Assembly: GCA_041576165.1 (NCBI GenBank)
Contig: JBFGLM010000003.1
Span: 32,001-96,000, forward strand
Direction: 5' to 3'
Length of the DNA stretch: 64,000 nt
DNA from: Acidimicrobiia bacterium
GTDB lineage: Bacteria > Actinomycetota > Acidimicrobiia > Spongiisociales > Spongiisociaceae
Shown: piece by piece, positions 17,520-28,505 of the stretch
Position numbering within the stretch: the first letter of the stretch is position 1
Layout: every line of letters begins with the position of its first letter
Notes under the pieces: generated by a model
Database searches by the model: none
What the model was told of the DNA's origin: nothing
Seen by the model: only the letters and a program-made list of their open reading frames with translations
Made by a program: the position numbers and the translations under genes

Positions 17520-17978
17520 TCAGGTTTCGAGGAGCTCTTTGAGCCGGTGATAGTCGCCGCGGACCGATCGTTGTGCCACAACGCGTAGCAAAGGGCCGAA
17601 CACACGAAAGAACCCGCCCGGCTCACCCGCCACGTCGGCGGTCACCCGGCAGCGGTCCGGTGAGAGTGGTTCAACGGCCCGGGTGACCCGGATCGGAAAG
17701 CTGGACTGCCTGGATTCGATCGTGACAGATCGTCCGGGATCGAGGGCCACCAGTTCGAACGAGGTAACGACCTCGCGACCTAGAAAACGGGCGACCTGCT
17801 CGTAGGTCGAGCCAATCCGCAGCGGTGGGTCGCTGGTCCAAACGGCGCTCTGCATGCCGCTTTGCCACTCGGGGTTTCGCGAAAAGTCGGAAATGACTGC
17901 GAAGACGTCTGCGGCGGGCCGGTCGATCTCGATCGAGGACTGCATCCGCACGATTCCTCCACTATTTGGTACCGTCAT
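17520..17978 (-). CDS. SRPBCC (polyketide cyclase/START-like) family protein
   Basis: SIEIDRPAADVFAVISDFSRNPEWQ..., typical length and pattern for the family. Confidence 0.85.
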   Translation of the reverse strand: MTVPNSGGIVRMQSSIEIDRPAADVFAVISDFSRNPEWQSGMQSAVWTSDPPLRIGSTYEQVARFLGREVVTSFELVALDPGRSVTIESRQSSFPIRVTRAVEPLSPDRCRVTADVAGEPGGFFRVFGPLLRVVAQRSVRGDYHRLKELLET

Positions 17979-18028
17979 GATGCCAGTTGGAACCGCGTGC
18001 CTCTAACCCCGGCCGGCGCCCGCTCGAC

Positions 18029-18676
18029 TCACGCTGGTGTGAGATCGACGATCAGCGCCTTGTGGTCCGATCCCCGAACCTTGACGACGTCGGCCCCCGT
18101 TGCTCGATAGCCATGGGCGAAGACGTGATCGATCCGTAACATGGCCGGCCAGCCCGGTCGCCATCCCCAGGTAGCCCGCGGTCTCCAGCCCTCGGCAGCG
18201 GCGAGATCCGCAACCGTATCATCGACGTGGCGCACGATGCGCCGGTACGCCAGCCAGGCGGGGGTCGAGTTGAAGTCACCGCCCACAATGCGGCGCCGAG
18301 GGTCAGAAATGAGGCCCTCGAGCACCCTGACCTGCGCGCGCCTCTCTGGCAGCCGTCCACGCCAGCCGTCAATCGGGTTGGCCAGGTGCACGGCGAGCAC
18401 CTCTAGATCGAGATCGCTCGAGTGGCCGCGCAGGATCGAACGGTAAGGAAAATCGAGCTCTTCGACTGCGATGGGGAAACTGGCCGCAATGGCCTTGCCC
18501 CGATAGTCCAGCGTCGGTTTCACCACGCCGTGAGAGAAGTGGCGCTCGATCACTTCGCCGGAGTTCGGAGCAAGCTCTTGGGCCAGCAGCAGGTCGGGCT
18601 CATACCGAGCGAGCGACCGCTCGAAGTCGCTGGGCGACGCGTCGCCGTTGAGAAGGTTGATGGTCATTACCCGCAT
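18029..18676 (-). CDS. Endonuclease/exonuclease/phosphatase family protein
   Basis: RVMTINL, DLLLAQEL, VHL, GGDFNS, RIDHVF, GSDHKAL. Confidence 0.9.
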   Translation of the reverse strand: MRVMTINLLNGDASPSDFERSLARYEPDLLLAQELAPNSGEVIERHFSHGVVKPTLDYRGKAIAASFPIAVEELDFPYRSILRGHSSDLDLEVLAVHLANPIDGWRGRLPERRAQVRVLEGLISDPRRRIVGGDFNSTPAWLAYRRIVRHVDDTVADLAAAEGWRPRATWGWRPGWPAMLRIDHVFAHGYRATGADVVKVRGSDHKALIVDLTPA

Positions 18677-18817
18677 TCGTCTACCCCTGGCGGCGTCAAT
18701 CGCTCGTCACGCCGTGAAGCCGGAATTCTTTGCCTCGGCCCGGGTCTGGGCCGAGGTCAAATCCACACCCGTGGGGCCGGAGCCGCTGTGCCCGATATCC
18801 AAGCACACTCATAGTTC

Positions 18818-19243
18818 TTAGTCTGAGAAGAGGTCGCGTCGAACGTCGGGCAGTGCGCGGCTACGGAGCACGATGTCGCGACGATACGACTGGTGGATCC
18901 GTCGGATTTCCTCGTCGGCTTCTTGGGCGGTGAGCGCTACCTTGGCCCTGAGCCGTTTCACCTCGGCGCGGAGTCGATCGACCTCGTTCTGGAGCTCCAT
19001 GATCCGCTTGACACCCTCCAGATTGATACCCTGGTCGGTCAGATCTTGGATCAGCCCCAGGCGCTCGAGGTCGTCATCGGAATAGCGGCGAGTACCTCCC
19101 GGGGTGCGGTAAGGATCGATCAGCCCCCGTCGCTCGTAGATGCGGAGCGTCTGAGGGTGCATGCCGGCCAGCGAGGCGGCCACTGAGATGACGTATACCG
19201 CTTTCGTTTCTTGCTCTTGGGACTTCTTCGCCATTTCGATCAC
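18818..19243 (-). CDS. hspR: Heat-shock repressor HspR (MerR family)
   Basis: VYVISVAASLAGMHPQTLRIYERRGLIDPYRTPGGTRRYS, GINLEGVKRI. Last gene of the dnaK operon. The start may instead be the ATG at 19234. Confidence 0.93.
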   Translation of the reverse strand: MIEMAKKSQEQETKAVYVISVAASLAGMHPQTLRIYERRGLIDPYRTPGGTRRYSDDDLERLGLIQDLTDQGINLEGVKRIMELQNEVDRLRAEVKRLRAKVALTAQEADEEIRRIHQSYRRDIVLRSRALPDVRRDLFSD

Positions 19244-20373
19244 ACCTTGAGATGAGCTCGCGGATCTTCAGTTTCGTATTGTTCTTTGAATTCTTCGAGC
19301 ATTCGCTTGGCCTCGCGCGACAGCCGGGACGGCACCGCTACCTCGACCGTGACCAGCAGGTTCCCCGGTCGCCCTTTCTCCTTCTGGACTCCTCGCTTGG
19401 GAATCCGGAACGTCTTGCCCGAGTTGGTGCCTGCCGGGATCTTCAACGTCACCGGCTCGTCGAGAGTCGGCACTGGAACCTTCGCCCCGAGCGTCGCCTC
19501 GGTGAACGTAATGGGCAGTCGCAGGGTCAGATCGTCACCCTTGCGCCCAAACAACGGGTGACGCCCGACCTTCACCTTCACGATCAGATCGCCCGCCGGT
19601 CCGCCGTCGCTGCCCGGGGCCCCCTTTCCCCGCAGCCGGATGTTGTCTCCGTCTTTCACACCCGCGGGAATCTTCACCTTGATGTTGCGGACGCGCCGTT
19701 CCCGACCGGTTCCACGGCAGCGGTCGCACGGATGCGGGATCAACCGGCCGTTGCCCCGACACTGGGGGCAGGGCTCCGAGAACGAAAAGACACCCTGATT
19801 GCTGGCAATGGTTCCGGCGCCGGCACAGGTCGGACAGACATCGACCGATGTACCCGGCTGAGCCCCTGACCCGCGGCACAGGCGGCAGCGAGCCTCGCCG
19901 TCGACGGCCACGGTCGTCGTTGCCCCCTTGACCGCGTCCTCGAAAGATATGTTGAGTGTTGAAGTGAGATCTGCACCCCGCCTCGGACCACGGCTACGCG
20001 TGCGCGCCGTCCGGCCAAATCCTCCGAAGAGGTCGCCGAGGCCCCCTTCTCCAAAGAGATCGGACAAGTCCTCGACCCGCACGCGCCGGCCATTGCCGAA
20101 TCCCCCGAACCCTCCCGGTCCTCCCGTGAAGTCTCCCGAGTCGACCATCTGCCGCACCTGGTCGTATTCCTTGCGCCTCTCCGGGTTGGAGAGGGTGGCG
20201 TAGGCCTCCGAGACCTCTTTGAAGCGCGCCTCGGCGGCTGGATCGTCCGGTTTGGTGTCCGGGTGATTCTCCTGGGCGAGCTTGCGATACGCCTTCTTTA
20301 TCTCGGCTTCGCTCGCCGTAGGCGATACCCCGAGTGTCTTGTAGAAGTTCTTCTCGACCCATTCGCGGTTCAT
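19240..20373 (-). CDS. dnaJ: Chaperone DnaJ (class A)
   Basis: J-domain with HPD, G/F region, four CxxCxGxG motifs (CRLCRGSG, CPTCAGAG, CPQCRGNG, CDRCRGTG) and C-terminal domains. Confidence 0.97.
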   Translation of the reverse strand: MNREWVEKNFYKTLGVSPTASEAEIKKAYRKLAQENHPDTKPDDPAAEARFKEVSEAYATLSNPERRKEYDQVRQMVDSGDFTGGPGGFGGFGNGRRVRVEDLSDLFGEGGLGDLFGGFGRTARTRSRGPRRGADLTSTLNISFEDAVKGATTTVAVDGEARCRLCRGSGAQPGTSVDVCPTCAGAGTIASNQGVFSFSEPCPQCRGNGRLIPHPCDRCRGTGRERRVRNIKVKIPAGVKDGDNIRLRGKGAPGSDGGPAGDLIVKVKVGRHPLFGRKGDDLTLRLPITFTEATLGAKVPVPTLDEPVTLKIPAGTNSGKTFRIPKRGVQKEKGRPGNLLVTVEVAVPSRLSREAKRMLEEFKEQYETEDPRAHLKV

Positions 20374-21404
20374 AGCGGGTCCCCCTCATCGATCGGGGAT
20401 TCGAGTGACGGTCCGACCTGGCTGTACGCCACCGTTACCAAGGCCGGGCGAATCACCTGGCCCCGGATTCGGTAGCCGCGACGTACCTCGCCGGTCACGA
20501 CCAGCGAACCATGGCCCCCCGGGGCGACCCGGACGGCTTCGTGGACGGCCGGGTCATAGGGGTGCCCGACCGTCGGGATGATCTCCATCTGGCCCTCGAG
20601 TGCTTCAACCAGGCCAGCGAACGAGCCGCGGGTGGCGTCGGGCCGCATCGTGTCGTTGGAATGCGGCTCCAGGATGACGAACAAGTCGCCAGCCCGGCCG
20701 TCCGGCGTGATGATCCCGCGTCCTTCGATCTTGAATCTGGAGCCGATCGTCGTTCCAGGCGGGATGGTGATCGTCACTGGACCGGTGAGAGTGGGAACGA
20801 GTACGTCGGCTCCCATGGCTGCGTCGGACAGCGCAACCGGGACGCGGGTCGTGAGGTGATGGCCGTCCCGCTCGAACGTTTCGTGCCGGGGCACGTGGAT
20901 GATGACGATGAGGTCGCCGGGCGCGCCCCGATCTTCCGGCCGGCGTCCCTGTCCCTCGATCCTGACGATGTCGCCGTCGTCGACGCCGGCAGGCAGTTTC
21001 ACGGTGATGCGGCTGCCGTCGTCGAGCGTGACAACCACGCTTGCCCCCCGGGCGGCCTGTTCGAGCGGGAGAGTGGCACTGGTGATGATGTGCCGGCCGA
21101 GCACAGCTCCGGCAACCGACGCGCTGAATCGCTCCTCGTCCTCGACCCCGTCAGCGCCGGCTTTCGGGGCCGTCTTGTCGATCTGCATCCGGTCGTACAG
21201 ATCGCGCTGGATCGGATCCGACAAGACCCCGTACGCGACGGCGATCGCTTTGAAGCGTTCCTCCGCCAAAGGGTCGTCGGGGTTGGCGTCGGGATGATGC
21301 TGCTGAGCCAGGCGGCGATAGGCGTGTTTGATCTCGGCGGCGTCGACGTCAGGCGCCACCTCCAAGATCCCGTAGAAGTCGTGAGCGGCCCATCCCCGGC
21401 TCAT
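20370..21404 (-). CDS. Chimeric J-domain / DnaJ_C / GrpE-head protein
   Basis: N-terminal J-domain (YRRLAQQHHPDANP), DnaJ CTD (VKLPAGVDDGDIVRIEGQG..PGDLIV; VPTLTGPVTITIPPGT), then a GrpE C-terminal motif (GHPYDPAVHEAV..VVTGEVRRGYRIRGQVIRPALVTV). Confidence 0.88.
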   Translation of the reverse strand: MSRGWAAHDFYGILEVAPDVDAAEIKHAYRRLAQQHHPDANPDDPLAEERFKAIAVAYGVLSDPIQRDLYDRMQIDKTAPKAGADGVEDEERFSASVAGAVLGRHIITSATLPLEQAARGASVVVTLDDGSRITVKLPAGVDDGDIVRIEGQGRRPEDRGAPGDLIVIIHVPRHETFERDGHHLTTRVPVALSDAAMGADVLVPTLTGPVTITIPPGTTIGSRFKIEGRGIITPDGRAGDLFVILEPHSNDTMRPDATRGSFAGLVEALEGQMEIIPTVGHPYDPAVHEAVRVAPGGHGSLVVTGEVRRGYRIRGQVIRPALVTVAYSQVGPSLESPIDEGDPL

Positions 21405-21997
21405 TCTGGCTGATCCGCCTCCTCGTATCCCACTGACACCAGCGCTGCGCGCAGAACCCGGTCCTGGAACTGGTATCCCCGGCGCAGTTCGGCTGTTACC
21501 ACCATGGTGCCTGATCCTTCATCGATTTGTATGGCCTCATGCATAGCCGGATCAAACGGCAGCCCGATGGACTCGATGGGCGTCAGGCCCTCTTGGGCCA
21601 GAACCCCGAGCAACTGGTCTCGGGTGCCGCGCATGCCCTCGAGTAGCTTCTCTGAGGCCTCACCGTCCGGTTCTACCGCCATTGCTGCGTCCAGGCTGTC
21701 CAATACAGGCAGCAGGCTCATAACCACTCGTTCCGAGGCGCGAGCGACGAGCTCGGCCTGGTCGCGCTGGGATCGCTTGCGGAAGTTGTCGAACTCGGCG
21801 GCCATGCGCCGGTAATCGTCGAGATATCGCGTGGCATCAGCACGCGCGGCCGCCAGTGCCTCCTGCAGCACAGCGATCGCCTCCTGCGGATCGTCGGGCA
21901 GGACGATCGGCTCGGTGAATTCGGCGTTGCCCGTGATCACCTCAGTCGAGGCGACCACGTCTTCCGACAGATGTTCGTTCGGTGCGTCGTTAGCCAT
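21401..21997 (-). CDS. grpE: Nucleotide exchange factor GrpE
   Basis: RMAAEFDNFRKR, LLPVLDSL, GLPFDPAMHEAI, RRGYQFQDRVLRAALVSV. The start could extend to 22027. Confidence 0.95.
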   Translation of the reverse strand: MANDAPNEHLSEDVVASTEVITGNAEFTEPIVLPDDPQEAIAVLQEALAAARADATRYLDDYRRMAAEFDNFRKRSQRDQAELVARASERVVMSLLPVLDSLDAAMAVEPDGEASEKLLEGMRGTRDQLLGVLAQEGLTPIESIGLPFDPAMHEAIQIDEGSGTMVVTAELRRGYQFQDRVLRAALVSVGYEEADQPE

Positions 21998-22023
21998 GCT
22001 GGATCCGCCTTGATGACGACGCA

Positions 22024-23859
<1,836 letters not shown>

Positions 23860-23980
23860 GTGGTCTGCTCCTTGTTCCCGTTCGTTGGTTCCCCATCTGC
23901 CGGGGCCGGCAGGTGCAGGCGCGCACCATGCTCATAGCCACCCTCTGCGGCCCCTCTCCGGCGCAGGTTACACAACTTTC

Positions 23981-24020
23981 ATTGACTTAATAGCTATAAC
24001 CTGAGTCAACCCATATCATA
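23981..24020. promoter_or_regulatory. Tandem degenerate HAIR-like operators in the dnaK promoter
   Basis: CCTGAGT-N7-TATCATA (24000-24020) and ATTGACT-N7-TATAACC (23981-24001) lie in an AT-rich island upstream of dnaK. Confidence 0.6.
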
Positions 24021-24289
24021 TTTCCACAATCTCAGGATAATTCAAGAGGGTTTGTCGATCGACGCCAAAACGGCTGCACCGCCGGCGTCTCGGCCCCGGC
24101 AACAGCTACGGCCACGGCTGCCACGGCCGGTGCAGAACCGGAGCAAGCCGAGCCAACGGGCGTGTGCGAGGGGATAGCGGATGCGCCGTCCCCCCTCGTG
24201 GTGGACGGCAGCGACCCGTGCGGTGCGATCCAGCGAGTGACAGGCCAGGGCCTCAGATGGTGCTCGGCGGCGGCATGCCGCCGGCGCTA

Positions 24290-25438
24290 TCACCCGTAGC
24301 TGCGCTTGGCCACCTCTTCCAGCATCACTTCGGTGGCGCCGCCGCCGATGGAGAGGATGCGCGCGTCGCGGGACATCCGCTCCACCGCAGTCTCCGTCAT
24401 GTAGCCCATGCCGCCGTGGAACTGAACGCATTCATACATGATCTGATTGATCGCTTCAGCCCCCCAGGCCTTGACACCGGAGATCTCTTTGGTGGCATCA
24501 ACACCCTGCTCCATCAGCCAGGCCGCGTGGTACAGCGCCGCCCGGACTGCGTCGAGCTTGGCCTGAGCCATGGCGAGGCGCTGCCGGATCGCACCCAGGT
24601 CGAAGAGGGTTGCTCCAAATGCTCGACGATTCCGTGCGTGTTCGAGGGTGAGGTTGATGGCGACCTGCGCGGCCCCCACTCCCATTCCCACGAGGACCAT
24701 CCGCTCGTTCTGGAAGTTCCGCATGATCTCGGTGAAACCCTGATGCTCCATGCCGAGCAGATTCTCGTTCGGAACCCACACGCCGTCGAGGGCTAACTCG
24801 GCGGTGTCGGAGCTCCGCCACCCGGTCTTCTCGAGTTTCTTCGAGACTGTGAACCCCTCCCGGTCCTTCTCGACTATGAACATCGACAGGCCGTAGCGGT
24901 CTTCCGTGTTGGTCCGGGCGGCGACGATGACGAGGTCGCCGTACACCGCATTGGTGATGAACAGCTTGTTGCCGGTGATCCGCCATCCGTCGCCGTCTCG
25001 AACTGCCCGGGTACGCATCCCGGCTACATCCGAGCCGGCGTCGGGCTCGGTCACGCCGATAGCCGTGATGGTATCGCCGCTGAGGATGCCCGGCAGCAGT
25101 CGCTGCAGCTGGTCCTTGGTGCCCGAGTGGATGAGATGCGGCGTCGCCATGTCGGTATGTACGAGGACGGTCACGTCGAAACCGCCGAAAGTGGACGACC
25201 CGAGGGCCTCAGAGAAGGTCGCCGAAGCCAGCGGACCGAGACCCAGGCCCCCGTGTTCTTCCGGCACCCGTGGGCCGAACATCCCCAGCGCACCCATCTT
25301 CTGCAAGACGTCGCGGGGGACAAATCCTGCTTCCTCCCACTGGTGAGCGTGGGGCGTCACTTCCTTGGCGACGAACTCGACGGTTTGGTCGTAGATCGCC
25401 TGCAGTTCGTCGGTCATATAGATGTTGCGAAGAGTCAT
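24290..25438 (-). CDS. Acyl-CoA dehydrogenase
   Basis: AIGVTEPDAGSDVA, GNKLFITNA, KTGWRSSDTAEL, RRAFG, QFHGGMGY, IGGGATEV. Its ATG overlaps the tetR stop. Confidence 0.95.
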   Translation of the reverse strand: MTLRNIYMTDELQAIYDQTVEFVAKEVTPHAHQWEEAGFVPRDVLQKMGALGMFGPRVPEEHGGLGLGPLASATFSEALGSSTFGGFDVTVLVHTDMATPHLIHSGTKDQLQRLLPGILSGDTITAIGVTEPDAGSDVAGMRTRAVRDGDGWRITGNKLFITNAVYGDLVIVAARTNTEDRYGLSMFIVEKDREGFTVSKKLEKTGWRSSDTAELALDGVWVPNENLLGMEHQGFTEIMRNFQNERMVLVGMGVGAAQVAINLTLEHARNRRAFGATLFDLGAIRQRLAMAQAKLDAVRAALYHAAWLMEQGVDATKEISGVKAWGAEAINQIMYECVQFHGGMGYMTETAVERMSRDARILSIGGGATEVMLEEVAKRSYG

Positions 25439-26043
25439 CGAGCGTCCTCCTGGTCTGAAGTCCGAATGCCGTGCCACGTGGTCTGTGCGAAGTGATCGAT
25501 GAGAGCCTCGAGCGGGCGTTGCCTCCCCGGCACAAACCACTCGAGCGAGCTGTTCATCGATCCCAGCAAGGTGAGGCGCGTCAAGTGCAGGTCGACCCCC
25601 GGGCGGATGGAGCCGGTTGCGCCGAGCGATCGAAATAGGTCGGCCCATCGACCCTCGTATTCGTCCCGGATCGGGACAATCGTGTCACGGACCGCAGCCG
25701 GGGCCCGGCTGAACACCGTCACGTGGGCGGCGGTGAACGGGCCGTATGCGAACAACGCCCGCAGGTGCGCGGCGATGGCGGCACGCAGACGAACCTCCGG
25801 CGGCGCTTCGCTGGTCTCGGCTACCGCGTCCTCGTGCGCTGCGGTGATCCGTTCCATTCCCAGACGGAGGATGTCGGCCAGCAAGACGTCCTTCGAGTTG
25901 AAGTGGTAGTAGATGGAGGCTGCCTTCAATCCCGCCCGATCTGCAATCGTCCGCAGGCTGGTTTCGGTATAACCGAGCTCGATGAACAGGTCGGCTCCGA
26001 TCTGCAACAGGCGGTCGCGGGTGTCGACCTGAGTGTCGGTCAT
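25435..26043 (-). CDS. TetR/AcrR family regulator (KstR2-like)
   Basis: LFIELGYTETSLRTIADRAGLKAASIYYHFNSKDVLL HTH, with a C-terminal LLGSMNSSLEWF. Confidence 0.92.
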   Translation of the reverse strand: MTDTQVDTRDRLLQIGADLFIELGYTETSLRTIADRAGLKAASIYYHFNSKDVLLADILRLGMERITAAHEDAVAETSEAPPEVRLRAAIAAHLRALFAYGPFTAAHVTVFSRAPAAVRDTIVPIRDEYEGRWADLFRSLGATGSIRPGVDLHLTRLTLLGSMNSSLEWFVPGRQRPLEALIDHFAQTTWHGIRTSDQEDAR

Positions 26044-26054
26044 GCTCCGCAGTT

Positions 26055-26074
26055 TACCTAACTAACGTTAGGTA
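26055..26074. promoter_or_regulatory. TetR operator palindrome overlapping a leaderless promoter
   Basis: TACCTAAC-TAAC-GTTAGGTA with perfect 8-bp arms. The minus-strand -10 TAAACT lies 7 nt before the tetR ATG. Confidence 0.75.
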
Positions 26075-26535
26075 GAACACTCCCGCCCGACCATGTCCGG
26101 AGCGCGATCGCGTCTGCACTACCTGAAAAGGCGCGACGCCCCTCGCATCAGATCGGCCAGGAGCCCGCACCCGTATGTCTTCCTGATGGTTCGGTCGTCG
26201 TTCCATCGAGCGATGAGCGCCAGCATGCCAACCTGAGCGCGGTGGGGCAGGCGTGATACCGGCGATATGTCCAGTGGGACCAACGCCGCGCCCGGTGCCG
26301 TCAGCAGCGACGCTCGCGAGATCACAGATGTGCAGTGCCCACTGGGCGGTACCGACCGAGTGCCGAGTCGCCGGTTGGCAGGATGGTCGCAGTAGCTGAG
26401 GTGGCGTGGCGGGGTTCGGGGATAGCGCAGAGATCCCTCGATCTAGGCCGTACCCTCTGGGCGGGTTTGGGCGTTTACCCCTTTGTGAAAGACTCCGAGG
26501 TCGCATGGCGGCTCCGCTACCCGGGGAGGATCAAG

Positions 26536-26796
26536 ATGGCGATGACGGCTCAAGCCTGGCAGGACCGACGACTGGCGGTCAGCGGGCGTGATCAGGAGGG
26601 AGCCGTCCGGTGTGGCGGCGACGAGTACCCACACGATTTCGTGACCGAACAGGCCGGCGCCGCGCTGTCCCGCATCGTCTGCACGATGTGTGGCACCGTG
26701 CGCATCGAGCAACAAATGGACCGAAACCTGGTCATGTCCTGGTCGCGGACCGACTACGAGATCGCCGACCGTTTCTACCGGGAGCTGGTCAGCTGA
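26536..26796 (+). CDS. Small hypothetical protein, possible zinc ribbon
   Basis: GGAGGA RBS; C-x6-H...CxxC (RCGGDEYPHDF...IVCTMCG); followed by a terminator. Confidence 0.6.
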   Translation: MAMTAQAWQDRRLAVSGRDQEGAVRCGGDEYPHDFVTEQAGAALSRIVCTMCGTVRIEQQMDRNLVMSWSRTDYEIADRFYRELVS

Positions 26797-26817
26797 AGAG
26801 ATTCCCCGTTGCAGAAT

Positions 26818-26851
26818 GCAAAAGGCGGCCCTCGCAGGGCCGCTTTTCTGC
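26818..26851. terminator. Bidirectional intrinsic terminator
   Basis: GCAAAAGGCGGCCCT-CGC-AGGGCCGCTTTTCTGC between convergent genes, with A/T tracts on both sides. Confidence 0.8.
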
Positions 26852-26865
26852 GGACAACCGGTCGC

Positions 26866-27102
26866 TCACACCTTGATTCCACGCTTGCGCATGTCGGCCA
26901 GCACGGCATCGATCCCTTTGCTGTCGATCGTCTTCATGCCTTTGGTGGAGACACGCAGCGTCACATAGCGCTTCTCGGACTCGACCCAGTACCGCTTCTT
27001 CTGGACGTTCGGTGTCCAGCGTTTGCTCGAACGCTTGTGGGAGAACGAGACCTTCTTGCCGAATGAGGGTTTCTTACCCGTGACCTGACAGATGTTGGAC
27101 AT
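26866..27102 (-). CDS. rpmB: 50S ribosomal protein bL28 (78 aa, form lacking CxxC)
   Basis: [57 protein letters not shown]. Confidence 0.95.
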   Translation of the reverse strand: MSNICQVTGKKPSFGKKVSFSHKRSSKRWTPNVQKKRYWVESEKRYVTLRVSTKGMKTIDSKGIDAVLADMRKRGIKV

Positions 27103-27138
27103 GCGTGACTCCGCAGAGGTGTGGCTGGAATGGCCGGG

Positions 27139-27167
27139 ATTGTACCCGACCTGCCTCGGTACGGCAA
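27139..27167 (-). promoter_or_regulatory. Sigma-A-like promoter of rpmB
   Basis: Minus strand TTGCCG-17 nt-TACAAT. Confidence 0.6.
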
Positions 27168-27201
27168 TGTCACCGCACCCGGCGGCCGCTACCATCGCAG
27201 G

Positions 27202-27960
27202 GTGGAATACGCGCCGTTCTCGCCAGACGATACTGAGGTTTGCCTCGACGATCCCGGGGAGGAACGAGAGCGGCGGCGCCGCCAGCTGGCGATGGGTTAC
27301 CGTCTCTTTGGAGCGCTGCGCTACGGCGACCTCGGCGACGGACATATCTCGGTGCGTGATCCCGAACGGACGGAGTGCTTCTGGATGCTTCGATTCGGCG
27401 TGTCGTTCCATGCGGCGTCGGTAGCCGACACGGTACTGGTGGGTCCCGACGGCAATGTGATCGACGACCCGGGCATCGGGGCGGCCGTGGCGCCCATCAA
27501 CGTCACCGCCTACTACATCCATCATCCGATCCACGCTGCCCGTCCCGACGTCACAGCCGCCGCCCACGTCCACACACCTTGGGGCACGGCGTTCTCGACC
27601 CAGCGATGCCTCCTCCAGCCGATCAATCAGGAAGCGACTCAGTTCTTCGAGACCCACGCCCTGTTTGATGACGAAGAGGTCCAGGTGCTCTCGACCGAGG
27701 GCGGCAAACGGATCGCGGCCGCGCTGGGTGACCTGCGCTCGGTCATTCTGGCAAACCATGGGTTGCTGACGACAGGAGTCAGCGTGGCCGACGCAGTCGG
27801 CTGGCTGGTCACTATGGAGCGTGTGAGCGAAGTGCAGCTGAAGGCCCGTGACCCGGTTGCGTTGTCGGCCGAAGCGGCACGGATCGCTCGCGACGATCTG
27901 GTCCGGCCCAACCTGGGGTGGCAGACCTTCCAGTATTTGATCCGCCGCCACCTCGTCTGA
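27202..27960 (+). CDS. Class II aldolase/adducin family protein
   Basis: [42 protein letters not shown]. The GTG start is preceded by -10-like TACCAT. Confidence 0.9.
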   Translation: MEYAPFSPDDTEVCLDDPGEERERRRRQLAMGYRLFGALRYGDLGDGHISVRDPERTECFWMLRFGVSFHAASVADTVLVGPDGNVIDDPGIGAAVAPINVTAYYIHHPIHAARPDVTAAAHVHTPWGTAFSTQRCLLQPINQEATQFFETHALFDDEEVQVLSTEGGKRIAAALGDLRSVILANHGLLTTGVSVADAVGWLVTMERVSEVQLKARDPVALSAEAARIARDDLVRPNLGWQTFQYLIRRHLV

Positions 27961-27983
27961 CCCCATCCGGCAGGTCCCGCCGC

Positions 27984-28337
27984 TCAGGCGTCCTTCCAGT
28001 CGCACCACGCCCGGATCGCGGCGGCGAGCGAATCGCCGTTGGCCTCGACGTCTGCCACGTCCTGAAAGCGCATGGTGCGCGCCAGTTTCCCATCTCCCTC
28101 CAGCCTGGGGTGGTTGCCCGGGATTTCAGCCCCTCGGTGGAAGAGCAGACTGACCAACTTCTTGGCAGGGTTGAAGGAAAAGATGTTGCCGCAGTAGGAG
28201 TACGTGGGCGTTTGCCATTTGATGGTCTCCTCGACACGTGGATCGGAGAGCGCAATATGCCGAACGGCTTGCATGGCCTCTTCCATCGGGTGGTTCTTGG
28301 CCGCGAACCAGTCATCGACCTCCGGATTACGTGACAT
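27984..28337 (-). CDS. DUF1801 (YdhG-like) protein
   Basis: [34 protein letters not shown]. Confidence 0.8.
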   Translation of the reverse strand: MSRNPEVDDWFAAKNHPMEEAMQAVRHIALSDPRVEETIKWQTPTYSYCGNIFSFNPAKKLVSLLFHRGAEIPGNHPRLEGDGKLARTMRFQDVADVEANGDSLAAAIRAWCDWKDA

Positions 28338-28505
28338 GGCCCTCCGTTCTGTCCACGCCGGCAGCTTCGTCGAGCGGGCCGCGGGGTGCATACGTCGCTA
28401 GCCGGTTCCCCACGCAACCCACCTCAAATCCTCACGTCATCGGCGACACGTCGATTCTCGACTTTATAGGATCGGCTCCGAAGACCCGGGAGAGGAGCCC
28501 CGACC

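Noticed and set aside
26080-26530. tRNA-Sec, riboswitch or other ncRNA in the long intergenic regions (also 24040-24290)
   Set aside because: I could not recognise a cloverleaf, T-loop or known riboswitch consensus by eye. An Infernal search would be needed to exclude one.
26866-28008. 380-aa bL28 fusion protein
   Set aside because: Only the last 78 aa are bL28, with their own ATG, RBS and promoter. The rest is antisense to the aldolase gene.
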